Shown: piece by piece, positions 28,679 to 37,794 of the stretch
Numbering within the stretch: the stretch's first letter is position 1
How the letters are laid out: every line of letters starts with the position of its first letter
Origin: Acidimicrobiia bacterium
GTDB taxonomy: Bacteria; Actinomycetota; Acidimicrobiia; Spongiisociales; Spongiisociaceae
Length of the DNA: 64,000 nucleotides
NCBI GenBank assembly: GCA_041576165.1
Contig: JBFGLM010000006.1
Location: 1 to 64,000, forward strand
Direction of reading: 5' to 3'
The notes under the pieces: model-generated
What the model saw: the letters and a program-made list of their open reading frames with translations, nothing else
Databases searched by the model: none
Told to the model about the DNA's origin: nothing
Position numbers and translations under genes: made by a program

Positions 28679-29176
28679 TCAGTCCGCGGGTGGGATCTCC
28701 GCCTCGGCGATCTCACCGAGCACGACCGCGGCCACGGCCGCCATACCCTCATCGCGGCCAATGAACCCCATGTGGTCGGTAGTGGTGGCCTTCACGGAGA
28801 CCCGATCGCGGTCCAGGCCGAGGACACGCGCCAAGTTGTCGCGTATCCGTTCGCGATGGGGGGCGATGGGCACGGTCTGGGAGATCACGGTGGCGTCCAC
28901 CTGGGCCGGGCTGAGCCCGCGGCGTCCCAGCTCAACCACGACCTGTGTGAGCAGGTTCATGCTGTCGGCGTCTTCCCACTGGGGGTCATCCGAAGGGAAG
29001 TAGGTACCGAGGTCGCCCAGCGCGGCCGCTCCGAGCAGGCCGTCCGCCACTGCATGGGCCAGGACGTCGGCGTCGGAGGTTCCGGCCAATCCCTGCTCGG
29101 ACACGACGATGCCGCCCAGCTTGAGCGGACCGGAACCGCCGAATCGATGAGCGTCGAAGCCCCAGCCGATCCTCAT
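28679..29176 (-). CDS. ispF: 2-C-methyl-D-erythritol 2,4-cyclodiphosphate synthase
   Basis: MRIG.G.D.H, SDADVL.HA..D.LLGAA.LGD.G and VKATT motifs. Confidence 0.95.
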   Translation of the reverse strand: MRIGWGFDAHRFGGSGPLKLGGIVVSEQGLAGTSDADVLAHAVADGLLGAAALGDLGTYFPSDDPQWEDADSMNLLTQVVVELGRRGLSPAQVDATVISQTVPIAPHRERIRDNLARVLGLDRDRVSVKATTTDHMGFIGRDEGMAAVAAVVLGEIAEAEIPPAD

Positions 29177-29805
29177 AGGCCCGCATCCCGGACCAAGGTC
29201 TCCGCCATAGCGAGGTCGGCCGGGTAGGTGATCTTCAGATTGGTCGCTTCGCCCGCGACCACCGCGACGGTGCCTCCCCATCGCTCGACGAGCGCAGCAT
29301 CGTCGGTGGCGTCGAGTTGATCTGCGGCGTGGGCCGCCCGCAGCGACGCCGCCCGGAAGATCTGCGGCGTCTGCGCGGCTATCAGGTGGGAACGATCCAC
29401 CGTCTCGATCACCATGCGCGATTCGTTGATCCGTTTGATGGTGTCCGCCACTCCCACACCCGGTATCACGCCATCAGCGGAGGTCGCGGTCATGGCGTCG
29501 ATCAGGCGCCGAACGAGACCAGTCGACGCTAGCGGCCGGGCCGCATCATGGACAGCAATGAACTCCGCCCCTTCGGGCACGTGAGCCAGGCCCGCCGCCA
29601 CGGAATCCCGGCGTCGCTCGCCTCCGGGGACGCCGCCCACCACTGGCCCAACCACGACCACCGGATCGAGCCCTGACCCGACCAGCGCATCCCTCGCCCA
29701 CTGCCATACCGGCCGGCCGGCCAGCTCAGCGTGTTGTTTGGTTGCCCCAAAGCGGGTTCCTGTCCCAGCCGCCACCACGATGGCCGCGACCCTAGGTTCT
29801 CTCAT
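29173..29805 (-). CDS. ispD: 2-C-methyl-D-erythritol 4-phosphate cytidylyltransferase
   Basis: AAG.G.RFG..KQ, GG.RR.DSV, VHDAARP, QTPQ.F, TDDA and N.KIT...D motifs. Confidence 0.95.
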   Translation of the reverse strand: MREPRVAAIVVAAGTGTRFGATKQHAELAGRPVWQWARDALVGSGLDPVVVVGPVVGGVPGGERRRDSVAAGLAHVPEGAEFIAVHDAARPLASTGLVRRLIDAMTATSADGVIPGVGVADTIKRINESRMVIETVDRSHLIAAQTPQIFRAASLRAAHAADQLDATDDAALVERWGGTVAVVAGEATNLKITYPADLAMAETLVRDAGL

Positions 29806-30866
29806 ACGGCGAGTTTGGCAAACAGCATCCGGCCAATGGAAGTTCGGGTGGCGCTGGTCACCTCCACATCAAGGGTTTCGCCCATGTGCGTAGCCCCGCC
29901 CTCAACGACCACCATCGTGCCGTCGTCGAGGTACCCGACACCCTGACCTGGCTCGCTGCCGGTCCGGGAGATGGGCAGAGCCAGTCGCTGTCCGACCTCG
30001 ACTACCGCCCGCACCGCGTCGTGAATCACGTTGGGATTGAGGACCGGGATTCCCCGGAGCTCGGCCGCCCGGGCCAGATTGTGGTCGGTGGTGATGAGGC
30101 GCGCCGACGCCATTTCGGCAAGCCGCAGCAACTTGGCGTCGACGTCGACGACATCCGGCACCGTTTCCTCGAGGACCGCGACGTCGATCCCCGGCTGCTC
30201 CTGCAGAGCGGCCATGACGTCTAACCCCCGGCGTCCCCGGCGGCGGGTAGTCTTGCTACCAGAATCGGCCAGCTGCTGGACTTCATCCACCACGACGGAA
30301 GGCAGCCAGAGCCGCCCGTCCACCAGACCCGCCCGCACCAGCTCGAGGACCCGGCCGTCGATTGCGGCGGATGCGTCCAGCAAATAGGAGCGGTCCGTCT
30401 CACCGATCCGGCGGCTCACCAGCGGCCGTCGGATCCCAAGACCCAGCGAGGCCATCAGATCTTCGGAGCGTACGGCAAACACACGAGCGCTGATCGCGCT
30501 GAGGAGGAACACGATCAGACCCGCAGTCGGCCAGGCGATCGTCGGCGGGACCAACAAGATGAGCGGAAGGGAGAAGACGGCCCCCACCACCAGTCCGACC
30601 ATGAGGCCAAACGCGCCGGTGAAGAGCTGGGCTCCGCTGAGCTGGCGGGCAATCTGGGAAGGGGCATCCGACAGTCCCCGCCGGAAGGTGCGGCCCACGG
30701 CGCCGCCGGCCACATAGCCGAACCCGGCACCGACCACCGCGCCCACCACCCGCGCGGTTTCCATTGCGACCGTGGACGCGCCCATCGACACGAGACCCGG
30801 CGCGACTTCGAAACCGATCGCCGTCACGGCGAGCGTGATGAGCAGGCGGACTGCCTCCACCAACAC
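29802..30866 (-). CDS. PIN/TRAM domain membrane protein (YacL-like)
   Basis: Four TMs; LLDASAAIDGR, RGRRGLD, T.D.NL and G.EPGQGVGYLDDGTMVVVE motifs. Confidence 0.92.
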   Translation of the reverse strand: MLVEAVRLLITLAVTAIGFEVAPGLVSMGASTVAMETARVVGAVVGAGFGYVAGGAVGRTFRRGLSDAPSQIARQLSGAQLFTGAFGLMVGLVVGAVFSLPLILLVPPTIAWPTAGLIVFLLSAISARVFAVRSEDLMASLGLGIRRPLVSRRIGETDRSYLLDASAAIDGRVLELVRAGLVDGRLWLPSVVVDEVQQLADSGSKTTRRRGRRGLDVMAALQEQPGIDVAVLEETVPDVVDVDAKLLRLAEMASARLITTDHNLARAAELRGIPVLNPNVIHDAVRAVVEVGQRLALPISRTGSEPGQGVGYLDDGTMVVVEGGATHMGETLDVEVTSATRTSIGRMLFAKLAV

Positions 30867-30904
30867 CGGCGCCTCCTCGACATTTCCCTACCGTCGTGGC
30901 CGGG

Positions 30905-31420
30905 TTATTCCTCGATCTCCACCTTGGGCAACGCCCGGTCGAGACGTTTGATCGCGTCCTCTTCCGAGATCGCAAGCGCAAAGCCCAGCTCGCTGGTGAG
31001 CGTCACCCGCGCTTTCGAAAGCATCCGCTTCAGCGCCGGGGATATCCCCTTGGTCTGCTGCGCATAGGTCAGGTCGCGAACAACCTCGGCCACTTGGTAG
31101 ATATCGCCTGAGGTCATCTTTTCGTTGAGGACTTTGTACCAGCGGCTCCAATTGCTGCCGGCTTCCTGCGGCTCGTCTTTGAACAAGGCGAACACTTGCT
31201 TGGCGGCAGTTTTGCTGATCACCGGGCGGATCGTCTCCTCGATCGAATCGACCGGCACGAACACGGTGAGCTGATCCGTTGCGATCTCCAGCATGAAGTA
31301 GTCGCGCTTTTCGCCACCGACCTCCTGCTTGACCTTTTTGGTGATGATCGCAGCGCCGTGGTGGGGGTGCACCACCTTGTCGCCTACCGAGAATGCCGGT
31401 TTCTTCTTCGAGTCAGCCAT
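30905..31420 (-). CDS. carD: CarD transcriptional regulator
   Basis: F.VGDKVVHPHHGA, NWSRWYK, VAEVVRDL and ML.KAR..L.SE motifs. Confidence 0.93.
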   Translation of the reverse strand: MADSKKKPAFSVGDKVVHPHHGAAIITKKVKQEVGGEKRDYFMLEIATDQLTVFVPVDSIEETIRPVISKTAAKQVFALFKDEPQEAGSNWSRWYKVLNEKMTSGDIYQVAEVVRDLTYAQQTKGISPALKRMLSKARVTLTSELGFALAISEEDAIKRLDRALPKVEIEE

Positions 31421-31508
31421 AGAAGGTTGCGGAGTGTAGCCGTTTCAGGTGAGAGCCATTCCGCGCCGGTGCCGCAGCCCCACGGCAGTTCGCCTGGGAG
31501 GGTGGAAA

Positions 31509-32573
31509 TCAGAAAGGAACGAATCCGGGATGGGTGGCCACCTCGGACAACCGGTCAAAGTATCGCCGGAGCTCCATGGCGCGGGCACCGCCAACACCGG
31601 CAACCTCATCGAGTTCGTCGACGGACGCCACGAGCATCTTCTGAAAATCCTTGAAGTGGCGTACGAGCGCATCCTGGACCGTCGCCGGCAGGCGCGGCAC
31701 CTGGGAAAGCAGCCGGTAGCCGTTGGGTCTGACAGCAGTGTCGGGATGATCGAGGTTGAGGGCACTGGCCAGGCGTTCGATGTCGTAGAGATCGTTGGTG
31801 GGGGTGTCCTCGAGCTGCTCCACCGCTTCCGTGGCTCGCTTCTCGCCGCCCTTCACATAGTCCCGGACAACGTGATCACGCAGCTGGCCGATCCCCTGCA
31901 CCAGGTCGAGGTGTTGGAGGTCGACCATTGCGCCCTCGCCGCCGAGGCCGACCGCATCAGCTGCGATCTGAGTCCCAATGCGCCGTACCAGCTCGGCCCG
32001 TTGCAGGACGTTCAAGACCGCCCTGACCGTCACCCGATCCGAAACCTCGAGGCGAGTCAGCATTGCTTCAGCTTCATCGAGCCGATCCCGGAAGCGCTCG
32101 AGGGTCTGCAACTCCTGATTGACCTTGCCGACCAGGGCCTGCGGGGTCTCCAACTCCATCTTGCGGTCCCCGACGAAGATCGTGGCGACGTGGCGCTCTT
32201 CCGAGACCGCCACCACGGGGCGTTTCGTCTGGCGCGCCACCCGCTCGGCAGTCCGGTATCTGGCACCGGTCTCGGTGGTGGGCACTGAGGGATCGGGCAG
32301 CAGATGCGTATTGGCTCGGAGGATGTACTCGCACTTGTCGTCGAGCACGATCGCGCCGTCCATCTTGGCGAGCTCGGCGAGCTTGGCCGTAGTGAACTCC
32401 GCTTCCTTCAGGACGAACCCGCCGGTGCAGATTTCTTCGACTTCAGGGCCGGATCCCAACACGACGAGGGCGCCGTTGCCGCTCTGCATGACGCGCTGGA
32501 GCGCATTCCGGAGGGCAGTTCCGGGCGCCAGTATCGCAACGACTTCGAGCAAGGTCGAGGAACCCACGGGCAT
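31509..32573 (-). CDS. disA: DNA integrity scanning diadenylate cyclase
   Basis: APGT.LR, ELAKMDGAIV and ETGARYRTAER motifs; C-terminal HhH; follows radA. Confidence 0.95.
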   Translation of the reverse strand: MPVGSSTLLEVVAILAPGTALRNALQRVMQSGNGALVVLGSGPEVEEICTGGFVLKEAEFTTAKLAELAKMDGAIVLDDKCEYILRANTHLLPDPSVPTTETGARYRTAERVARQTKRPVVAVSEERHVATIFVGDRKMELETPQALVGKVNQELQTLERFRDRLDEAEAMLTRLEVSDRVTVRAVLNVLQRAELVRRIGTQIAADAVGLGGEGAMVDLQHLDLVQGIGQLRDHVVRDYVKGGEKRATEAVEQLEDTPTNDLYDIERLASALNLDHPDTAVRPNGYRLLSQVPRLPATVQDALVRHFKDFQKMLVASVDELDEVAGVGGARAMELRRYFDRLSEVATHPGFVPF

Positions 32574-32715
32574 TGATCGGAGGCTACTACAGCGCTTTGA
32601 CTGCGCGACGTTCCGCTGTAACAAATCATGCTATCGGATGCCGGCCCGGGGCAATGGCGGGTCGCCGGCGCCAACTTCCGGCTGCCGCGGCCCTTGAGGG
32701 CACCCTCCAGCCTGA

Positions 32716-32857
32716 GGGGGTCAGCCGATAGGCAGCGGAACGGTCCGACCGGAGGTAGCGATCGTCGCGACACCGCTCTCCGAGATGGGCTTTTGCACCA
32801 GTCGCGTAGCAAGCGTGGTACACATCCGACGAGACAGTGGCCTATCCGCTGACCCCC
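32716..32857 (-). mobile_element. MITE copy 2 (142 bp), inverted relative to copy 1
   Basis: Same 18-bp TIRs; ~20 differences from copy 1 by hand alignment; flanks CCAGCC-TGA and TAA-GG; overlaps the radA stop codon. Confidence 0.85.
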
Positions 32858-34158
32858 TAAGGAAGAGTCAGTCCGGCACGGACCAAGGCCTCGTCCACTC
32901 GATGCACGCCACCCGGGCCTGGGGCGAGAACCCGTTCGATTCCCATCCGCTCTGCCTCCTGTCGGCGGCGCTTGCCGAGGCTCGCCTGGCGTACCTCGCC
33001 GGTGAGGCCGACCTCGCCCCACGCTGCCACCGACCCCAGCGGTTTGTCCAGGAGGGATGACGACAACGCCAGCATGATGGCCAGATCGGCCGCGGGCTCG
33101 GTGACACGAATCCCGCCCACGACGCTGGCGTAGGCTTCCTTGCCGCCGAATCCCAGACCGGCATGGCGTTCGAGCACGGCCAGCAACTGGTGAACCCGGG
33201 CCGGCTCGAGACCGCTGAAACTGCGCCGGGGCTGGACGGCCTGGGTCGAGCAGACCAGGGCCTGCACTTCGACCAGCACCGGCCGCCGTCCCTCCATGGT
33301 CGGCAGCACGACTGTGCCCGGCACCGAGCCGCTCCAATCGCCGACGAGGGCTGCGGAGGGATCCGCTACCTCCGCCAAGCCCTCATGCTGCATCTCGAAG
33401 AGACCGGCGAGATGTGTGGCTCCGAATCGATTCTTCAGCGACCGGAGCATGCGGAGCTCATGATCCGCGTCCCCCTCCAAATACAGCACCACATCGACCA
33501 TGTGCTCGAGGATCTTGGGACCGGCGATCCCGCCATCTTTGGTGACGTGGCCGATGAGAACGACGGCGGTGGCGTGGTCCTTGGCGAAGCGGATCACTCG
33601 GGCGGCGCACTCCCGAATCTGCGCCACCCCGCCGGCGGTTCCACCGACCTCGGGGGCGCTCACCGTCTGAATCGAGTCAACGATCAACAGGTCCGGCCGG
33701 GTATGGTCGGCCGCATCGATGATCTGATCGATGCCGTCGACAGCCAGGAGGTCGACGCCATCACCCCGGATCCCCAACCGCTCGGCGCGGAGGCCCACCT
33801 GGTCGGCCGACTCCTCCGCCGATGCGATCAGAACTTGGCGGCCGGCTGCCGCCAGCGAACCTCCCACCTGCAGAAGCAGCGTCGACTTGCCTACTCCCGG
33901 CTCTCCCCCGATGAGCACCGCTCCTCCGGGCACAATCCCGCCGCCGAGCACCCGATCGATCTCGCCGATGCCGGTTGCCATCCGTTCGACGGGCGCGTCG
34001 CCCACCTTGGCAAGCGGGATCGGCTCCGGCCGGTCCCGGACACGTCGCGAGCTGGCAGCTTCTGCCTCTTCGACGAGTCCGTCGTCCGAGCGGCACTGGG
34101 GGCAAAACCCCATCCACTTGGAGGAGCGATATCCGCACGCAGCACAACGAAATGACAC
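32857..34158 (-). CDS. radA: DNA repair protein RadA/Sms
   Basis: C4 zinc finger CAACG..KWMGFCPQC, GEPGVGKSTL, KNRFG and GEVGLTGEVR motifs. Confidence 0.97.
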   Translation of the reverse strand: MSFRCAACGYRSSKWMGFCPQCRSDDGLVEEAEAASSRRVRDRPEPIPLAKVGDAPVERMATGIGEIDRVLGGGIVPGGAVLIGGEPGVGKSTLLLQVGGSLAAAGRQVLIASAEESADQVGLRAERLGIRGDGVDLLAVDGIDQIIDAADHTRPDLLIVDSIQTVSAPEVGGTAGGVAQIRECAARVIRFAKDHATAVVLIGHVTKDGGIAGPKILEHMVDVVLYLEGDADHELRMLRSLKNRFGATHLAGLFEMQHEGLAEVADPSAALVGDWSGSVPGTVVLPTMEGRRPVLVEVQALVCSTQAVQPRRSFSGLEPARVHQLLAVLERHAGLGFGGKEAYASVVGGIRVTEPAADLAIMLALSSSLLDKPLGSVAAWGEVGLTGEVRQASLGKRRRQEAERMGIERVLAPGPGGVHRVDEALVRAGLTLP

Positions 34159-34167
34159 GCTGCGACC

Positions 34168-34317
34168 TTACCGGCGCAGTGTGACATTGATCAGCACGGC
34201 CGCGATCACCCCGACCGCGACCAGCAAACCGACTCCGCCCAGCAGCGAGCCGGTAGCCCACAGTTCAGTTTCACGAAGCGCCAACACCCGCAGAACGTCC
34301 AAAAGTCGACTCGGCAT
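34168..34317 (-). CDS. Putative small membrane protein (49 aa) directly upstream of radA
   Basis: MPSRLLDV...LLGGVGLLVAVGVIAAVLINVTLRR, single TM; ends 9 nt before the radA GTG. Confidence 0.45.
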   Translation of the reverse strand: MPSRLLDVLRVLALRETELWATGSLLGGVGLLVAVGVIAAVLINVTLRR

Positions 34318-34351
34318 GGCACAATACCCACGCTTGGTGAGGAAGGAACCT

Positions 34352-35269
34352 TTGACGGACAAGCCAGATGAGTGGAGTGACCCGCTGGACGCGATCGATT
34401 TCGAGGAGTTCACGCTCGAAGAGCCGGTCTCGTACGACGAACCAGCGGACTATCCCACAGCCGAACCGCCTCCTCCGGCGCTGATCACCTGCCCGTCGTG
34501 CGGGGCCGCGCAGCCCGCCACGAATCGGCACTGCGAGCAGTGCGGCGCGCGGCTCAGCCAGTCGGCGTTACCCGTGGCCCCCCGGCCACTGGCAGGAATG
34601 ACGGCAGGGACCCGGGCCCTGGCCGTGCTGGCGTCGGTCATCGGCGTTGTGGTGATACTGGCGCTGTTGCTCAATGTGTTCTCCGGTGGCGATGAAACGG
34701 CGCCGGCTGACGACGCAGCGGCATCCGATGTTTCAGAGACCACTGCCCCGGCGCCGTCCACGGGCCCGATCGGCCGGGTGACGCCGATCGACGTGCGCTG
34801 CTCGACCGAACTCAACGACACCAGCCTGGCGTGCCGCAATTTGATTGATGGCTCCTCGGATCCGTGGAACGATGCCAGCCTCCAGGGGGTCGGCGCCCAG
34901 ATGACGTTCACATTCGCAGAGCCCGTGGAGCTGGAACAGATCCATTTCTTCAATCTCGAAGATGATGTGCGGTTCGCTCGCAACTACCGCATACGCGGAA
35001 TCGAGATCCAGGCAGATGACCTGCCCGGGCTGCCCGTCATCGAGGAGATCGACAACGACAACTCCCGCCCCCATGTGGTCACCATCAATACGCTCGGTAC
35101 CACCCAGGTGATCATCTCGGTCAACAGCACCTGGCCTTCGGAAGCGGTCGACGGCAAGGCTTTTGACGAGCTGGCCATCCAGGAGATCGAGTTCTGGGGC
35201 CGGGTGGTAGCCGAGCCGGAGGTGCCGGCGGACGATGCGGGTGACGACTCTGGAGGGTCGGACGGCTAG
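34352..35269 (+). CDS. Zinc-ribbon / TM / discoidin-like (glycan-binding-like) membrane protein
   Basis: CPSCG...CEQCG, TM helix, NLIDG...W..G.GAQ.TF.F and LAI.EIEFWG motifs; AGGAAGG SD before TTG 34352. Confidence 0.75.
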   Translation: MTDKPDEWSDPLDAIDFEEFTLEEPVSYDEPADYPTAEPPPPALITCPSCGAAQPATNRHCEQCGARLSQSALPVAPRPLAGMTAGTRALAVLASVIGVVVILALLLNVFSGGDETAPADDAAASDVSETTAPAPSTGPIGRVTPIDVRCSTELNDTSLACRNLIDGSSDPWNDASLQGVGAQMTFTFAEPVELEQIHFFNLEDDVRFARNYRIRGIEIQADDLPGLPVIEEIDNDNSRPHVVTINTLGTTQVIISVNSTWPSEAVDGKAFDELAIQEIEFWGRVVAEPEVPADDAGDDSGGSDG

Positions 35270-35359
35270 CCACTTCGCTCGGGCAACAACCCGGCCGCCA
35301 GCGCCCACGGCCCAAGCCCTGTTCTGGCGCAACGGTGGCGTTTCGTCTCTGAGCCGGTC

Positions 35360-36625
35360 ATGAAGCTCTTCGACCCGAGCGATCCGAACTTCATCGACGA
35401 CCCATATCCCCGTCTGGCCGAGCTGCGCGAGCGGACACCGGTTGAGTGGGATCGCGATTCTGGGTTGTGGCTGCTCACCAGACACGCTGATGTCGACAGC
35501 GCTCAGCGGGACCGGCGCTTGGGCCGCGTGCGTGGCGGCCACGCCGAGCCTTCCGACTTCAGGCCGTTGCGGGAGCTGAAGCTCAGCCTCGATCCCTCGC
35601 CGTATTACCTGATTGAGCGCTATTCGTTGCTCATGCTGGAACCGCCGGAACACACCAGGATCCGGGCACTGGTGTCGCGAGCTTTCACGCCCCGCCGGGT
35701 GCGAGAACTGCGGGGTCCCATAACCAGGATCGCCGACGACCTGCTCGCCGGTCTCGCCGGTGCCGACGGGTTTGACCTGCTGGCGGATTACGCCCAGCCC
35801 TATTCGATCAGGGTGATCGCATTGTTGCTCGGGGCTCCCACCGACCACGCCGACGATCTACTGGCGTGGTCGCATCAGATCGTCAAGATGTACGAACTGG
35901 CGACGACGGTCGCCGAGGCGGAGGCCGCCATCCGCGCCGCAGCCGAGTTCACGGAATGGACGGCAGACCTCATCGAGCAACGGCGACGCACACCGCAGGA
36001 CGATCTCATCACCGCCCTCTGCCACGCCGAGACCGAGGATGGCGTGCTGTCCGACGCCGAAATCGTCTCGACGGTGATCCTCCTTCTCAACGCCGGCCAC
36101 GAAGCCACCGTCAACACGATGGGTAACGGCATGACCGCGATCTTGCGCCATCTCGGCACCTGGAAGTCGATTGTCGACGGCACGGTTGAGCCGGCCGTGG
36201 CGATCGAGGAGATGATGCGCTGGGATCCGCCTCTCCAGCTTTTTGAACGCTGGGTCCTGGCCGACGACTTCGAAATCGGGGGCATCCACATCCCTCGCGG
36301 CGACAAGGTGGCGATGCTGTTCGGATCCGCCAACCGCGACCCCCGCCAGTTCGACGACCCCGACCGCTTCGACGTCGCCCGGGGCGACATCTCGCACATT
36401 ACCTTCGGCGCCGGCGTCCACTACTGCCTGGGGGCTCCCCTCGCCCGCCTCGAGCTGGAGGTGGCAGTGGCCCGCCTCGCCGCCCACCGCCCTGACCTGG
36501 AGCTGGCGGCAGACCCGATCCGTATCCCCGCCTTCGTGATTCGCGGCTACGAATCGGTGATGGTCGCGGCACCGGCGGCGCCCCCCTCCGACAGCTTTGG
36601 GCGCGTAACCAAAGGGGGAGTTTGA
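35360..36625 (+). CDS. Cytochrome P450
   Basis: EPPEHTRIR, AGHEAT I-helix, EEMMR (ExxR), SANRDP and FGAGVHYCLG heme motif. Confidence 0.97.
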   Translation: MKLFDPSDPNFIDDPYPRLAELRERTPVEWDRDSGLWLLTRHADVDSAQRDRRLGRVRGGHAEPSDFRPLRELKLSLDPSPYYLIERYSLLMLEPPEHTRIRALVSRAFTPRRVRELRGPITRIADDLLAGLAGADGFDLLADYAQPYSIRVIALLLGAPTDHADDLLAWSHQIVKMYELATTVAEAEAAIRAAAEFTEWTADLIEQRRRTPQDDLITALCHAETEDGVLSDAEIVSTVILLLNAGHEATVNTMGNGMTAILRHLGTWKSIVDGTVEPAVAIEEMMRWDPPLQLFERWVLADDFEIGGIHIPRGDKVAMLFGSANRDPRQFDDPDRFDVARGDISHITFGAGVHYCLGAPLARLELEVAVARLAAHRPDLELAADPIRIPAFVIRGYESVMVAAPAAPPSDSFGRVTKGGV

Positions 36626-36771
36626 GGGGGAAAGGCTCCTGCCGTCCCCCTCAACCTGGGGCGCAGCGACCCGGGCGGTGCGACCCAGCAAAAAGTGCGC
36701 GCGGCCGAAGGCCGCACCTAAAACAACCGCCACCGAAGGTGGCGCATGCGCCCCGATCCTGATCGGGGCGC
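36595..36771. repeat. Cluster of consecutive short palindromes (REP-like) between convergent genes
   Basis: TTGAGGGGGA..TCCCCCTCAA; GCGGCC-GAA-GGCCGC; CGCCACC-GAA-GGTGGCG; GCGCCCCGATC-CT-GATCGGGGCGC. Confidence 0.6.
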
Positions 36772-36791
36772 TCCCACTCGCCGGCGGCGAA

Positions 36792-37586
36792 TCATCCCCA
36801 GCAGTCGCGGGAGGCGTTCCAGTGGCGCCAGCCACCGCCTTCATAGACGAGCCAGGCGGCGACGGCGGTGTTGGCCACCGGATCGAAAACATCGGAGCCG
36901 GCGTATCCCGCACTGGCCGCTCGTGGCGGCCACATCGAGGCCAGGTGCTGAAAGAGCCCGGACGCGGTGGAGCGTGGATTCTTGGCTTCCGGGACGCCCC
37001 GGCTCTCGCAGTCCACGACGGCAACGGCCAGGTCGACGTCGCTGGTATCGAAGAAATGGGCGATCAAAGGCCGCCAGTCCTCGGCTCCTTGCGGATCGAG
37101 CGGGACCAACCGCTCCAGATGGGGGGCGCGCGGTACCTCCGCCTGGAGGCTCTGCGAGGGCGCGGCCGCGGTCCTGGTCTCTTCGACCGCCGCCGGGGTC
37201 TCTGCGTCGGCTGCCTGTGGCTCTCCCGACGTCCCGGTTGAGTCATCGTGCTCGTGAGCGGCATGGGTGTGGGTCGTGGTTGTTGGAAGGCACCGAGGGT
37301 TGTCGCCGTCGATGTCGCAGATCCACTGGGTTACTGACTCCCCCACCACCGGCTCAGGCGTCGTCGGCAGCGGCGGAGGGACGGCAGCCAATCTCGCTTG
37401 CAGGCCCGCATCGGCCGTCGTGGCGGTCGACCCGGCGGAGGTGGTGGACGCAGGCACCGCCTCCGTGATGACCTCACTTTGAGGGGCAGCGCCCCCGCTC
37501 AGCCAGGCACCGCCCGCCAGCGGAAGCCCGATGAGGATGGACAGTGCGGTGAACAGCGACGCGGCGCGTCGAAGGTGATACCGCAT
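36792..37586 (-). CDS. Secreted lytic transglycosylase (SLT / lysozyme-like domain)
   Basis: Signal/TM, low-complexity linker, CESRG (catalytic Glu), NPRSTASGLFQ, DP.AN..AA and GW.HW motifs; GGAGG SD. Confidence 0.85.
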   Translation of the reverse strand: MRYHLRRAASLFTALSILIGLPLAGGAWLSGGAAPQSEVITEAVPASTTSAGSTATTADAGLQARLAAVPPPLPTTPEPVVGESVTQWICDIDGDNPRCLPTTTTHTHAAHEHDDSTGTSGEPQAADAETPAAVEETRTAAAPSQSLQAEVPRAPHLERLVPLDPQGAEDWRPLIAHFFDTSDVDLAVAVVDCESRGVPEAKNPRSTASGLFQHLASMWPPRAASAGYAGSDVFDPVANTAVAAWLVYEGGGWRHWNASRDCWG

Positions 37587-37794
37587 GTTGATACCTCCTG
37601 GATATGGAGGGGAAGAAGCAAAAGGGCGCAACCATAGTTGCGCCGGGCGGCACTCTAACGTACGAGCCCGGCCCCGCCAAGGCTGCACACCGATGGGCTA
37701 GTCACACCCTGTACCCCGATACCAAGCAGCTACGCGGCAGGCTCTATCGCACCAGCGCCCGGTGCACGAGCTCGGGGGTGCCACAATCGGCCTC

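Noticed and set aside
33731-34351. N-terminal 207 codons of the 512-aa ORF 33731-35269
   Set aside because: Mostly antisense to radA; the real start is more likely TTG 34352, which has a strong SD
37587-37794. c-di-AMP (ydaO) riboswitch upstream of the transglycosylase
   Set aside because: Expected conserved blocks not found; only a short palindrome GCGCAAC-CATA-GTTGCGC at about 37626-37643
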